Shown here piece by piece: positions 29,262 through 39,477 of a stretch of DNA of 64,000 nt; position 1 is the first letter of the stretch, and each line of letters opens with the position of its first letter. Source of the stretch: Bacteroidota bacterium (GTDB lineage: Bacteria > Bacteroidota > Bacteroidia > NS11-12g > UBA955); NCBI GenBank assembly GCA_016868535.1, contig VGGQ01000001.1, positions 16,567 through 80,566 of the forward strand, written 5' to 3'. Both the position numbers and the translations under genes were made by a program. Under the pieces are notes generated by a model, which had not been told where the DNA came from, did not search any database, and was given only the letters and a program-made list of their open reading frames with translations.

Positions 29262-30200
29262 CTAGCTTTTGTCGTAGGCACCTATAATTTCCTTTACGAG
29301 CCGATGCCTGACTACATCATCTGCATTCAGATGTATCATACTGATCCCCTCAATCCTCTGCAAAATTTTAAGTGCCCTGAACAATCCGCTTTGTTGTTTG
29401 CGAGGCAAATCTATCTGTGTTAAATCGCCGGTTATAATCAGTTTGGCATTGGGCCCCATTCGGGTCAGAAACATTTTTAGCTGAGGATCCGTTGTATTCT
29501 GGGCTTCATCCAGAATTACATAACAGTTATCCAGTGTTCGACCTCTCATAAATGCAAGCGGAGCAATTTCAACGTTGCGGCTCTCAATCATACTCTTGAG
29601 TTTATCCACAGGAATCATATCTTCCAGTGCATCGTACAATGGTCGCAAATATGGATCGATTTTCTCTTTCAAATCACCGGGTAAAAACCCAAGATTCTCA
29701 CCGGCTTCAACCGCCGGTCGTGTAAGAATAATTCTTCTGATTTCACGCTCTTTCAGTGCCAAAACAGCCAGTGCAACTGCCGTGTAGGTTTTACCCGTGC
29801 CGGCAGGTCCGATTGCAAATAAGATATCGTTTTTCTTGGCAGACTTTACCATGGCGCGCTGATTTGCGGTCCGGGCTTTGATCTTTTGTCCCCGGGTGCC
29901 AATCAACAAAACATCGTCATCGGCATCCCCTGAGAGTTCTGCGGTCTGGTTACCACCAAAAACATCTTTCAGGGTATGGACGTTCAATTCTCCTTTTTTC
30001 AGGTAAATCTGCTCCAGCAATTCCATCTTGGATGCAAAATTTTCGAGTTCCGATTCTTCTCCCAAAACCTTTATCTCATCTCCCCTTGCCACAAACTGAA
30101 GTTTGGGGAATTTGGCTTTTATAAGGTTCAGATTTGTGTTATTCACCCCATAAAATACCTGGGGGTTGATGATTTCCAGCGTGTAAACTCTTTCTGTCAA
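29262..30200 (-). CDS. phoH: PhoH family ATPase
   Basis: GPAGTGKTY, TRPAVEAGENLGFLPGD, APLAFMRGRT, LDEAQN, VVRHRLV. Confidence 0.95.
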   Translation of the reverse strand: MTERVYTLEIINPQVFYGVNNTNLNLIKAKFPKLQFVARGDEIKVLGEESELENFASKMELLEQIYLKKGELNVHTLKDVFGGNQTAELSGDADDDVLLIGTRGQKIKARTANQRAMVKSAKKNDILFAIGPAGTGKTYTAVALAVLALKEREIRRIILTRPAVEAGENLGFLPGDLKEKIDPYLRPLYDALEDMIPVDKLKSMIESRNVEIAPLAFMRGRTLDNCYVILDEAQNTTDPQLKMFLTRMGPNAKLIITGDLTQIDLPRKQQSGLFRALKILQRIEGISMIHLNADDVVRHRLVKEIIGAYDKS

Positions 30201-30212
30201 TGGTTAGGGTTT

Positions 30213-30230
30213 TATCTTTGCGCAAATATA
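30213..30230. promoter_or_regulatory. Face-to-face -7 elements TATCTTTG-CG-CAAATATA
   Basis: Exact TAnnTTTG on both strands, 2 nt apart, in the 43-nt divergent gap. Confidence 0.6.
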
Positions 30231-30243
30231 TCGAATTGAAGTA

Positions 30244-31038
30244 TTGATAAAGCCAAAGCTCATACACGTTTTTACCGATTATGGCGCAGATGCCACGGAA
30301 AACTCTGTTGCTAGGGCAGTGATGCATTCAAGGCTGCCTGATATTCCGCATATTTTCAGCCAGCCCAAACTTGCCAGGGGGCACCTTGTTACTGCAGCTA
30401 TGTTCATGCAAATGGTACTGCCATCATTTGGAGAGCAAACCTGGCATTTATGCGATATTACGCATGCCAAACTGAGTCCGAGAGCTGCAGCCTCTTATCT
30501 CGCAGCTTTCGCTGACAGCCGATGGTTTTTTGCCCCGGACAATGGATTGCTGCCCATTATATTACAAGATTACCCGGCAGAATTTTACAGCATTCCCACC
30601 CAAATAGCCATACGCAGCGTTATGGAAGATATTTACATGCCCGCCCTTTTAAAGCTTATGCAATCAGATGTTAGCACAATTCCATTTACCACCAAAGAGC
30701 ACGTTGCTAAATCACTGATGCCCAAACCTGCTTTTCATCAAAACCTGCTGAAGCTTACCGTAATGTACAATGATGCTCAAGGAAATGCTATTTTTAACCT
30801 GAAAAGAGAGGAATTTGAGCAGATGAGAAATGGACGAAGATTTAAGATTTCAGTGAGTTCCTACAGGCTGGAAATAGACCGCATCAGTGCATCCTTATTT
30901 GATGTGGAACAAGGCTATGCAACTGCCTATTTCGGACTGGGTGATTTTCTGCAGATTGCCATGAATGCAGGTTCGGCAAAACAATATTACGGATTGTCTG
31001 AAGGCACGGTAATTATCCTCGAATTTATAGATGCATAG
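30244..31038 (+). CDS. SAM hydroxide adenosyltransferase/chlorinase-like (DUF62) protein, divergent
   Basis: TDYG, FFAPDNGLL, YNDAQGNAIFN, LQIAMNAGSAKQYYGL; divergent from phoH as in other Bacteroidota. Confidence 0.8.
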   Translation: MIKPKLIHVFTDYGADATENSVARAVMHSRLPDIPHIFSQPKLARGHLVTAAMFMQMVLPSFGEQTWHLCDITHAKLSPRAAASYLAAFADSRWFFAPDNGLLPIILQDYPAEFYSIPTQIAIRSVMEDIYMPALLKLMQSDVSTIPFTTKEHVAKSLMPKPAFHQNLLKLTVMYNDAQGNAIFNLKREEFEQMRNGRRFKISVSSYRLEIDRISASLFDVEQGYATAYFGLGDFLQIAMNAGSAKQYYGLSEGTVIILEFIDA

Positions 31039-31041
31039 GCT

Positions 31042-31347
31042 ATGGTATTCAGAATTGTAAAAATGACCTTTAAGCCGGATACCATTGATGATTTTAAGGT
31101 GGTTTTTAATGAATCAGCAGAACATATCAGGTCATTCCCTGGCAATATGGGCTTACAATTGTTGCAAGGCAAAGAAAACAAAACCATTTTTTTTACCTAC
31201 AGCATTTGGGAGAATGATACAGCTTTGCAAACTTATCTCAATTCACCATTGTTTGAGAAAACCTGGGCAAAAACCAAGGTGTTGTTTTGCGGAAAGCCAG
31301 AGGCATGGAGTACGGATCTTTTGTGGAAGGCTTTTCCGGCAGGTTAA
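31042..31347 (+). CDS. Antibiotic biosynthesis monooxygenase (ABM) family protein
   Basis: RIVKMTF, IRSFPG, FFTYSIWE, W..TK.LF..KPEAWS. Confidence 0.88.
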   Translation: MVFRIVKMTFKPDTIDDFKVVFNESAEHIRSFPGNMGLQLLQGKENKTIFFTYSIWENDTALQTYLNSPLFEKTWAKTKVLFCGKPEAWSTDLLWKAFPAG

Positions 31348-32735
31348 TCAAGCCATTTTCCCGGATTCATGATGTGATTGGGATCAAAAACGTCTTTTAT
31401 TCCTTTCATCAGCCTGAAATGTTCACCAGTAAAAACCACATCCAAATAAGGTTTCTGCACCAGCCCAATCCCATGCTCACCGCTGATGGTACCACCCAGC
31501 TCTCTGCAGACCTGGAATATTTCCCGAATAGCTTCGGGAATCTCGTTGTTCCATGCATCATCCGAAAGATTATTCTTTAAAATATTCACATGCAGATTTC
31601 CGTCGCCGGCGTGTCCGTAGCAAACACTTTGAAAACCGAAGCGACATCCAATCTCTTTTACTGCTGCGAGTAAATCGGGCAAAGCAGCACGGGGCACTAC
31701 TGTATCTTCCTCTTTATAAACAGATGCCTGCTTAACGGTTTCTCCAATGCTGCGTCTCACTTTCCACCACTGCTCTTTTAAATCGGATGAATCAGCAATC
31801 AGAACATCAATACCCCCGCATTTTTCAATAATCGGATACAAAATCTCTGCCTGCTGCATTAGGTTTTCCAGGTCATCGCCATCCAGTTCTATCAGCATAT
31901 AAAATGCGGCATTTTTATAAAACGGGAATGGCGTGCATGTGGCCTCAGCGCTGATTTGAACACCGGATGTTTCCATCAATTCGAGCGCAGAAGGAGTAAT
32001 TCCGCTCAAGAGAACTTCATTAACCGCCACGGCGGCCTCTCCGGCTGTCCTGAAGGGAACGAGCATAAGAAACTGCTGTGCAGGCAATGCAATCAGCCTA
32101 AAAACGATGCAGGTAACAACACCCAGCAGACCTTCGCTGCCTACTATAAGTTGTGTAAGGTTAAAACCGGTTGAGTTCTTTACTGTGTTTGCTCCCGTCC
32201 AGATCAGTTCTCCGTTTGGCAATGCCAATTGCAGGTTCAGCACATAGTCACGGGTGGTACCATACTTTACTGCACGGGGGCCGCCGCTGCCGTGGGCAAT
32301 ATTTCCGCCCAAAAAACAACTGCCTTTACTGGCGGGATCCGGAGGATAATAAAGTCCTTTTTCGGCTACTGCCTGTGCAAACTCCTGATTAATGACACCC
32401 GGCTGAACGGTTGCCTGAAAATTACAGGTATCAATATGTATAATACGGTTCAGTTTTTCCGTACTCAGCACCACTCCCCCATTCACAGGCAAACTGCCGC
32501 CGCTGAGACCGGTTCCGGCACCGCGGGTGTAAACGGGAATTTTGCTTTTGTTGCAATATTTTAGAACGGCAGCCACTGCTTCGGGATTATCGGGCATAAC
32601 CACACAGGACGGCTCATATTGAAGGTCTTCTGTATAGTCACGTCCGTAGGCCTGCAAATTCGCGGCATCTGTTATAACATTCTCACTACCGGCCAGGGCC
32701 ATCAGACCTTTTACAAGAGCTTCCGTTACATTCAT
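31344..32735 (-). CDS. FAD-linked oxidase (GlcD/D-2-hydroxyacid dehydrogenase-like)
   Basis: RGAGTGLSGG, YPPDPAS, GSEGLLG, GHAGDGNLHVN, ISGEHGIG, DP..IMNPGK. Confidence 0.92.
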   Translation of the reverse strand: MNVTEALVKGLMALAGSENVITDAANLQAYGRDYTEDLQYEPSCVVMPDNPEAVAAVLKYCNKSKIPVYTRGAGTGLSGGSLPVNGGVVLSTEKLNRIIHIDTCNFQATVQPGVINQEFAQAVAEKGLYYPPDPASKGSCFLGGNIAHGSGGPRAVKYGTTRDYVLNLQLALPNGELIWTGANTVKNSTGFNLTQLIVGSEGLLGVVTCIVFRLIALPAQQFLMLVPFRTAGEAAVAVNEVLLSGITPSALELMETSGVQISAEATCTPFPFYKNAAFYMLIELDGDDLENLMQQAEILYPIIEKCGGIDVLIADSSDLKEQWWKVRRSIGETVKQASVYKEEDTVVPRAALPDLLAAVKEIGCRFGFQSVCYGHAGDGNLHVNILKNNLSDDAWNNEIPEAIREIFQVCRELGGTISGEHGIGLVQKPYLDVVFTGEHFRLMKGIKDVFDPNHIMNPGKWLD

Positions 32736-32810
32736 TTTTCAGTAAAAACCGACACAAATTAATCAATTTAAAGGCATACGAACTACTTTTGTTATTCACT
32801 TTGATACAAA

Positions 32811-33989
32811 ATGACCGCCAGAGACAAACTCAGACTTTCCATTATTCTCGTAATTCTCTACATGACAGCAGCCTTTGTATGGTGGGCCATGAGTCTGGTT
32901 AATTACAGCAAGACGGAAAAAGACCTGCGCCTTCAACTGTTTAAATCTGATAGCCTTCATCTGGCAGGTGAAATTTCGCACAACATGCTCAGCGGAAAGT
33001 TTGTAGGTAAAGACTCAATGTCTTTTGTATACGGCAATCAAACGATGTTAGTGGATACACAAAAGCTCAAAGATTTTTTGCTGAAAAAATATCCACCATA
33101 TGACGTTTGCTTTTATCCAGGAAAATCTTTTGATAAAATTTTCAGTGCCAACATTAAAAAATCTGTGATTGCAACTGAAAATAATAAATACCTGAGAAAA
33201 CGCGATAGCTGGATTTATGAAGGTGTTGTCATGACAATAATTATGCTAATCCTAGCACTTGCCCTTTATCTGTTTTTGGACCGGGTGCTGAAACTGAATG
33301 CACAACAAAATAACTTTTTACTCGCCATTACACATGAACTAAAAACACCCGTTGCCGGCACCAAGCTTGCTGTTCAGACAGCACAGCGAAAAATAACCTC
33401 CGAACAGCAGGAGCTGGGGAAACTGCTGCGCATGGCCGATAACAATGTCAGCCGTCTGTCCCGCATCATTGACAATGTGCTGATTGCTACTAAAGTACAA
33501 AGCAGTCACCGCATGAATTTTATTATTCAGGACCTGGTGCTGGAGGAACTCATTGAAGATACTCTGGCAGAAATTCGAGACTCTTTGCCGGAAACAGCCG
33601 TAATAACTAAGCATTTTGTACCTGAACTGCTCATTCGCGGTGACCGTGAGCTGCTACAGATGGCCCTCAGCAATCTGATAGGAAATAGCATAAAATATAG
33701 CAGCCAGGGCAATGAAAAGATTAATATTCAAACATTTATTCACAAAGGAAGGGTTGCGATGTCTGTTTCCGATAACGGTATCGGGATACCGAATAAAGAA
33801 AGAAAAAACATTTTCAAAATGTTTTATCGTATAGGCGACGAAAGAACGCGCAGCAGTTCAGGCACAGGACTTGGGCTGTTTTTGGTTGCAAAATTGCTCC
33901 GTCAGCATTCTGCCATAATCTCTATTTCCGACAATCAACCGAGCGGAACTACGTTTAATTTGTTATTTAAAGAAAAGGCAAATGTATGA
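32811..33989 (+). CDS. Sensor histidine kinase
   Basis: Two TM helices, ITHELKTP, NLIGNSIKYS, DNGIGI, GTGLGLF; TACTTTTG -7 element at 32784-32791. Confidence 0.93.
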   Translation: MTARDKLRLSIILVILYMTAAFVWWAMSLVNYSKTEKDLRLQLFKSDSLHLAGEISHNMLSGKFVGKDSMSFVYGNQTMLVDTQKLKDFLLKKYPPYDVCFYPGKSFDKIFSANIKKSVIATENNKYLRKRDSWIYEGVVMTIIMLILALALYLFLDRVLKLNAQQNNFLLAITHELKTPVAGTKLAVQTAQRKITSEQQELGKLLRMADNNVSRLSRIIDNVLIATKVQSSHRMNFIIQDLVLEELIEDTLAEIRDSLPETAVITKHFVPELLIRGDRELLQMALSNLIGNSIKYSSQGNEKINIQTFIHKGRVAMSVSDNGIGIPNKERKNIFKMFYRIGDERTRSSSGTGLGLFLVAKLLRQHSAIISISDNQPSGTTFNLLFKEKANV

Positions 33990-34684
33990 AAACGAACAGA
34001 TTACTACTGGTAGAAGATGAGGCAGACATTGCCGACCTGGTTAAATTAAACCTCGAGTCTGAGGGTTACAAAGTTATCGCCGCGAAAGACGGTCTGCAGG
34101 CCCTACAAAGAATGAAGGAAGAAAATTTCGATCTTGTAATTATGGATGTAATGCTGCCGCATGTGGATGGCATTACCGTTACCGAAAATATCAGGCTTAC
34201 AAACACGAAAGTCCCCATTCTTTTCCTCTCAGCACGCAACAACACTCAGGACCGCATACTTGGTCTTAAGAAAGGCGGAGATGACTACCTGACAAAGCCA
34301 TTCAACTTGGAAGAACTGCTTTTGCGCGTACAAAAACTGCTGAGCAGAAGTAAAGTTTCCTCAGAAAATGATGTTGCACTGCATGAATACAATTTTGGTG
34401 ACAATTATGTAAATTTTGATAGCTTTGAGGCCCGCGGAAATGCAGGCACATTTATATTAACAAAAATAGAAAGCTTGCTGCTGAAGCTGCTTATTGAAAA
34501 CCGCGGACAAGTAGTAAGCCGGGAGCGAATATTACAAACGGTATGGGGCTATAAAGTTTACCCCAGCACCCGAACTATTGATAATTTTATTCTTGCGTTC
34601 CGAAAATACTTTGAAAAGAACGTTAAAAAACCTGTTTACTTTCACAGTATGCGAGGAGTGGGATATAAATTTACGGAAAAATAG
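33986..34684 (+). CDS. OmpR family response regulator
   Basis: LVEDE, DVMLP, DDYLTKPF, TRTIDNFILAFRKYFE, RGVGYKF. Confidence 0.95.
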   Translation: MKTNRLLLVEDEADIADLVKLNLESEGYKVIAAKDGLQALQRMKEENFDLVIMDVMLPHVDGITVTENIRLTNTKVPILFLSARNNTQDRILGLKKGGDDYLTKPFNLEELLLRVQKLLSRSKVSSENDVALHEYNFGDNYVNFDSFEARGNAGTFILTKIESLLLKLLIENRGQVVSRERILQTVWGYKVYPSTRTIDNFILAFRKYFEKNVKKPVYFHSMRGVGYKFTEK

Positions 34685-34685
34685 T

Positions 34686-37187
34686 TTAGAAAGCAAGGCC
34701 TACGCTCAATTTAACGCCGAAATTGCGCACATTTGCCGCTTCCCTGTAGGTTAAGCGCCATATGGCGTCTACCCGCAAAATTTTAAAGATATTTTCTATA
34801 CCAACGCTACATTCCCAATAGGGTAGATCGGTGAAAGTTTTGAACTGAGAAACTGCTCCTTCGGTGGTAAACTTTGGAATAATCCCAAAATTATCTTTAC
34901 ACAGGGTTCCGTATATGGCTTTTGTACCCAAAACCTCGCGCCACTTTAATCTATTCAACAATGGAATGCGATTTAAAAGCAATCCGTTTAAATGATGCTC
35001 TGCAGAAGCAGAAATACTCCTGTCGGTAATAAATTCAAAAATACGCATTTGGTTGTATGCACCTGAGTTGTATACAAAACTCTGGTTACCGATATACACG
35101 GTAAGCAAAGGATATGGTAAGTTGCCAAAAACCCGGGAAGCTTCAAAATTAAAGGCAGTTCGCCCCGTTGTGCCCCATACTTTGTTAAAGTTTAATCCAG
35201 CGACCAGGCGGGTATAACTGAACTGGCTTCCGAAGATGTTTTTATAGCCTTGTATCCAGGTTCCGTAATACTCAGGACCAATTCCGGTAAAAGTTACGCG
35301 CCTGTTATCATTTTGCAGATAATAGTACTTGGGAGAATATCTAAGTGTCAAATTGATGGTTGAATTATAAAACTCAGTTGCATAGGAGGATGTATCCGGA
35401 TAATTTGGGTACCATGCAAAATTAAAATTTCCCACTCTCTGAAACAGATATGCCCTGTTACCTGCAATCAAGGAGAGGCGCAGTCCGTTTCTCAGGTCAG
35501 TACCAAACATAATACGGGCATCCCGGTTCATATTAAGATTGTTACTGCCCAGCAGGTTGAATGCAGTGAAAAGACCTGTACTGTAATTTTCATTGTCAGA
35601 AATACCAATCTGCTCAACATCCCTTCTGTAAACAACACCCAGTTTTGTCCACCGTTTGCGGTTGAGGATGCGTTCTGCTTTGAGTGAATATTTCCAGTCT
35701 TTATCCCAAAAGCCGTAGGCGCCGAAACCCTCAATAATCCAGTTTTTATTATACATCGGGGTTGTGCGAAAGCCCAACCTGAGCCGCGGTCCTTCCAGCT
35801 GGTTAAAACTAACCAGGCTGTAATAAGGGCCCAGGTCAATCTTACCTGCATTTTTAAATCCATCCACCAGAAAGTTCACAACATCCACATAGGTGCTTAT
35901 GCGCGGAAGGTTAACCAACGTATCAATTTTGTGGGCAATTCTGTCGTCGGTAGCTGTGTTTGGCAGGTGCCTGTTCTGTATCCAAAAGGTATCCGGACGG
36001 TTCAAAGCATAAGGATCCATCGTAACGCGGGTTTCGAAGAATTTGGGAGAATGCTTGATATTGGTTTTGATATCTTTTGCAGTAACCACACTGGTTGCCA
36101 CAACCCCTGCCGCCTGGGTACTAACCTCGGCAGCATCAATAACAGCGCGTGTATTGACACAAAAATAAGCTCCAAGATCGGTGGGGGCGTACTGCTGGGT
36201 TATTCTCAGTTTTTCGATATAGTTGATATTTGAACTGCTGTTCAGCTCAAGTGATAGTTTCAGCAATGCGCCGGTAGCATCCTCAATCCAAACAAATCCC
36301 TTAAAAGCAAGATCCTTTTCAATTTTTGGTGCACAGTATATCTGAAAAACCCTTCGAGGACCCGATTTATCTACATAAACAAGTTTGTAATCATAGGTAT
36401 TCATAGCCGCTTCTGCTATCGGCGATACGATACCTTTGTCTATTACAACAAGGGTATTCATGTAGAAATTATAATTTACAAACGTACTTCCGAGCACCTG
36501 AGAAATGAAAGTGCCGTCCTGAACCCCTATGCCTTTTAGACGTGATGCTTTGATGTATTCTTTGGTCAGGTATGGATTCTTATTAAAATAGTAATCACTG
36601 ATTACCTCAGAGATAAAAACGGGCAGAATGGATTTCTCCTTATTACCATTCAAATAGCTGATGGTATCGAACAGGGGGCCTATCTCCTGCCAAAACTTAC
36701 CTTTCCTGAGTTTGCCGGAAATATTGTTTACGGCAATGGTGTTTTTGGTAAAGGTTTCACACTGGTAATGCTCCAGTTTATCAGGATTATTTTTGTTTCG
36801 GTTCTCTTGGGCAAGCGCAATCCATTTAAGAGCAGGATTGGTTTTTAGCCTGATTACCACTTCCTCGGTCTGAATAACATTTCTGAGCAACTCTATTTCC
36901 AAACCTATTGTAGACTGTTTATTCAGCGGAATCAGGCGGGTTTTATACCCCATGTATTCAACCCTTAAGGTATCGGAAGGAAAATCGTCACCGCCCCATT
37001 TGAAGTTGCCTTCAAAATCAGAATAGAAACCCAGTTCGGTACCATGAAAAAAAAAGTTAGCAAATGCCAGTGGCTCGCGGGTCTCTTCAGCAAAAATTTT
37101 ACCGGAAAGTCTCTTGACCTGAGCCATTGAAGGGAGGATGCAAAGCCATGACAAGCAAATAATTAAACCGCTTTTAATCTTTTTCAC
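34686..37187 (-). CDS. DUF5686 family outer-membrane protein with a carboxypeptidase-regulatory-like N-domain
   Basis: Signal peptide, EPLAFAN...GYK, SPIA, FNQLEG.RLRLG, GIENIFKILRVD; TATATTTG -7 element at 37196-37203. Confidence 0.85.
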   Translation of the reverse strand: MKKIKSGLIICLSWLCILPSMAQVKRLSGKIFAEETREPLAFANFFFHGTELGFYSDFEGNFKWGGDDFPSDTLRVEYMGYKTRLIPLNKQSTIGLEIELLRNVIQTEEVVIRLKTNPALKWIALAQENRNKNNPDKLEHYQCETFTKNTIAVNNISGKLRKGKFWQEIGPLFDTISYLNGNKEKSILPVFISEVISDYYFNKNPYLTKEYIKASRLKGIGVQDGTFISQVLGSTFVNYNFYMNTLVVIDKGIVSPIAEAAMNTYDYKLVYVDKSGPRRVFQIYCAPKIEKDLAFKGFVWIEDATGALLKLSLELNSSSNINYIEKLRITQQYAPTDLGAYFCVNTRAVIDAAEVSTQAAGVVATSVVTAKDIKTNIKHSPKFFETRVTMDPYALNRPDTFWIQNRHLPNTATDDRIAHKIDTLVNLPRISTYVDVVNFLVDGFKNAGKIDLGPYYSLVSFNQLEGPRLRLGFRTTPMYNKNWIIEGFGAYGFWDKDWKYSLKAERILNRKRWTKLGVVYRRDVEQIGISDNENYSTGLFTAFNLLGSNNLNMNRDARIMFGTDLRNGLRLSLIAGNRAYLFQRVGNFNFAWYPNYPDTSSYATEFYNSTINLTLRYSPKYYYLQNDNRRVTFTGIGPEYYGTWIQGYKNIFGSQFSYTRLVAGLNFNKVWGTTGRTAFNFEASRVFGNLPYPLLTVYIGNQSFVYNSGAYNQMRIFEFITDRSISASAEHHLNGLLLNRIPLLNRLKWREVLGTKAIYGTLCKDNFGIIPKFTTEGAVSQFKTFTDLPYWECSVGIENIFKILRVDAIWRLTYREAANVRNFGVKLSVGLAF

Positions 37188-37219
37188 AGACCCGCCAAAT
37201 ATAACAACTTAGTTTGTAT

Positions 37220-37648
37220 TTATTGAACCTGAATATCCACCGCCGCCATGATGCTTGTGCATGTAGCAACAAGCTTTTTACTGCCATCTTCAAATAAATC
37301 AAACACTTCCCCTTCGCAAAAAACCAGAAAATTACCCGATTTTATTACCTTGCCGATTGCTACAACTTGGTCGGATATAGAGGGGTTCACGTAGGATATC
37401 TTTAAATCTACAGTAACAACATCTTTTCCTTCAGATACCGCGGTATATGCCGCAATTCCGGTAGCCACGTCGCACAGTGTTGCCGTCACTCCGCCATGGG
37501 TAAATCCATTTTGCTGCAAATGATGCTGTTTTACAGACAGAGAAAGTGTTGCCTCTCCTTTCGATACATCTTCAAGCACCAATCCCATGTGAATGATGAA
37601 ATGATTATTCTTTAACCTTTCCTGTAAGAATTCTTTTAAATTTGTCAT
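37220..37648 (-). CDS. PaaI family thioesterase
   Basis: HLQQNGFTHGGVTATLCD, VTVDLKISY. Confidence 0.92.
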   Translation of the reverse strand: MTNLKEFLQERLKNNHFIIHMGLVLEDVSKGEATLSLSVKQHHLQQNGFTHGGVTATLCDVATGIAAYTAVSEGKDVVTVDLKISYVNPSISDQVVAIGKVIKSGNFLVFCEGEVFDLFEDGSKKLVATCTSIMAAVDIQVQ

Positions 37649-38682
37649 TAGCGTATCGGATTATATCCTGATTCTTTGAGAATATTGCCGGCACTGGTTT
37701 CCTCCCAAATTTGTTTTAGAGTCTTTCCTGTTTTTTCCGCATAGGCAGAAACTATTTTCAAACCGGAATAATTACCTATTCTCGGAGGACAGTCCTCCGG
37801 CAAACCTGCCCCGGTGGTTCGTTCACCCTGAATAAAATAGCGTTTGTAGCCACGGTTAAAATCCGTGCTGAACAATACTTTTTTCTGCAAATAAAAATTC
37901 CAGATATTGGATTCTTCTTTCTTTAAAAATTTCCATTCATCGGGTGTGTAACCCAGCAACCGTTCAGGTGCGATTTCAGAAGCCAGTTGTATTAGACTGT
38001 ACCAAAGTTTACCCTGATACACCATTTCATCCAGCATGGTTTTTCGGGGGTGCTTATCCAGATAACGGCCATTTAGATAGGTAATAGCCAGATAAGACGG
38101 TATTTGCTCTGTCCGGGAATACCTTTTCATCCAAGCAGGCATACCCTCAATTTGGCCATAAAATGAGCAGGTATCATCCATAAATAGTTCAGCACTGTAT
38201 CCAAGAATATGTTTGCCTGCAGCTGTATCGGTGAATGTATTGGTCATACTAAACTGACTGAAATAAACAAAAATCTCAAATTCACCGGCATCTGGAAACT
38301 CACTTTTGAGTTTTGACAGGCAATTCTCAATGTCATAATTCAAATCCAAATAACGGGCGTAATGTTTTTTTACAAAAACCAAAACAGGTTTATTCAGCTC
38401 CACAAATCTTGTCAAAAACAAAGACAAAATGGAGTCATTGACCATATAATCAGGCGGAACACCCATAATATCCACACACCATCGATCAAATTTTTTGGCA
38501 AACTTGTGCTTTATGCCCAGAACTTCATCAACAGAAACACCTCCTTCAGCAACCGTTTCAATGGCATCCGTAAGGTTGAAAATCTGTTGTTCTGTTTGTT
38601 TTTCCGAAGCGCATGCGGAAAACAATATGATAATTGCTAAAAAACATAACGGGCAATTCCTCAAAATTGTGTTTTTTTGCAT
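37648..38682 (-). CDS. gldB: Gliding motility lipoprotein GldB-like
   Basis: Lipobox LFSAC, TMLDEMVYQGK, LLGYT, E..IW, PPRIGNYSG.KIV, IL.ESGYNP; near nadE. Confidence 0.8.
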   Translation of the reverse strand: MQKNTILRNCPLCFLAIIILFSACASEKQTEQQIFNLTDAIETVAEGGVSVDEVLGIKHKFAKKFDRWCVDIMGVPPDYMVNDSILSLFLTRFVELNKPVLVFVKKHYARYLDLNYDIENCLSKLKSEFPDAGEFEIFVYFSQFSMTNTFTDTAAGKHILGYSAELFMDDTCSFYGQIEGMPAWMKRYSRTEQIPSYLAITYLNGRYLDKHPRKTMLDEMVYQGKLWYSLIQLASEIAPERLLGYTPDEWKFLKKEESNIWNFYLQKKVLFSTDFNRGYKRYFIQGERTTGAGLPEDCPPRIGNYSGLKIVSAYAEKTGKTLKQIWEETSAGNILKESGYNPIR

Positions 38683-38691
38683 AAAAGGAAT

Positions 38692-39468
38692 ATGAAGATG
38701 CAAAGTAATATCAGATTGTGTTTGTGTACCCTCTTCTGCGGTCTCACATTTATGCACACGGTTAACGCACAGGACAACCGCAAAGTTGCCATCGGATTTA
38801 AGGTAAGTCCAAATTTTGCCTGGACCCGCATTATGGAGGGTCCCATGGAAAACAACAGCCTTGGCCTGGGTTTCAGCTATGGTCTGATGGGAGATATTAA
38901 TATTGGTAACAATCCCAACTATTGGCTGAGCACTGAGTTCATTGTTACTTCTACACCCAGTAAAATTAACACAAATGATACATTATGGTCAGATGATAAA
39001 TTAAAAAGTGGGCTTCCGTATAAAAACGCAACGTTTTCTTATAACCTGCAATACATTCAGGTACCTATAACATTAAAACTCAAAACCAACGAAATCGGTA
39101 AATTCAAATACTGGGGACAATTTGGCGTGGCGCCTGCATTTTTGATGCAGCAAAAGCTTAAAACCGCATCCACGCCCAGTATTTACGGGAACAACACCCA
39201 GTCACACAATCCCAACCTAGATGCCAATGACAAATATGACTTTAAAGGTGATGTCGGAAGTTTCTCAGGAAAAGGCGCGTATCAGGACGATGTGCACAAA
39301 GCCAGAATTTCTCTAATTATGGGTGTCGGTATCGAAACCAAAATCAGTGGTAAAACCATGTTTTCAGCTGGTTTGCGGTTTGACAATGCCTTCTCAGATT
39401 TGTTTGTAGATGATGCGGTTGACGGCAGAAATAATTTTCTGGGTATTCAACTGGGGATATTTTTCTAA
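38692..39468 (+). CDS. Porin/PorT-like outer-membrane beta-barrel protein
   Basis: Signal peptide (VNA-Q), YNLQYIQVPITLKLKTNE, terminal aromatic strand LGIFF. Confidence 0.8.
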   Translation: MKMQSNIRLCLCTLFCGLTFMHTVNAQDNRKVAIGFKVSPNFAWTRIMEGPMENNSLGLGFSYGLMGDINIGNNPNYWLSTEFIVTSTPSKINTNDTLWSDDKLKSGLPYKNATFSYNLQYIQVPITLKLKTNEIGKFKYWGQFGVAPAFLMQQKLKTASTPSIYGNNTQSHNPNLDANDKYDFKGDVGSFSGKGAYQDDVHKARISLIMGVGIETKISGKTMFSAGLRFDNAFSDLFVDDAVDGRNNFLGIQLGIFF

Positions 39469-39477
39469 TCAGACAGC

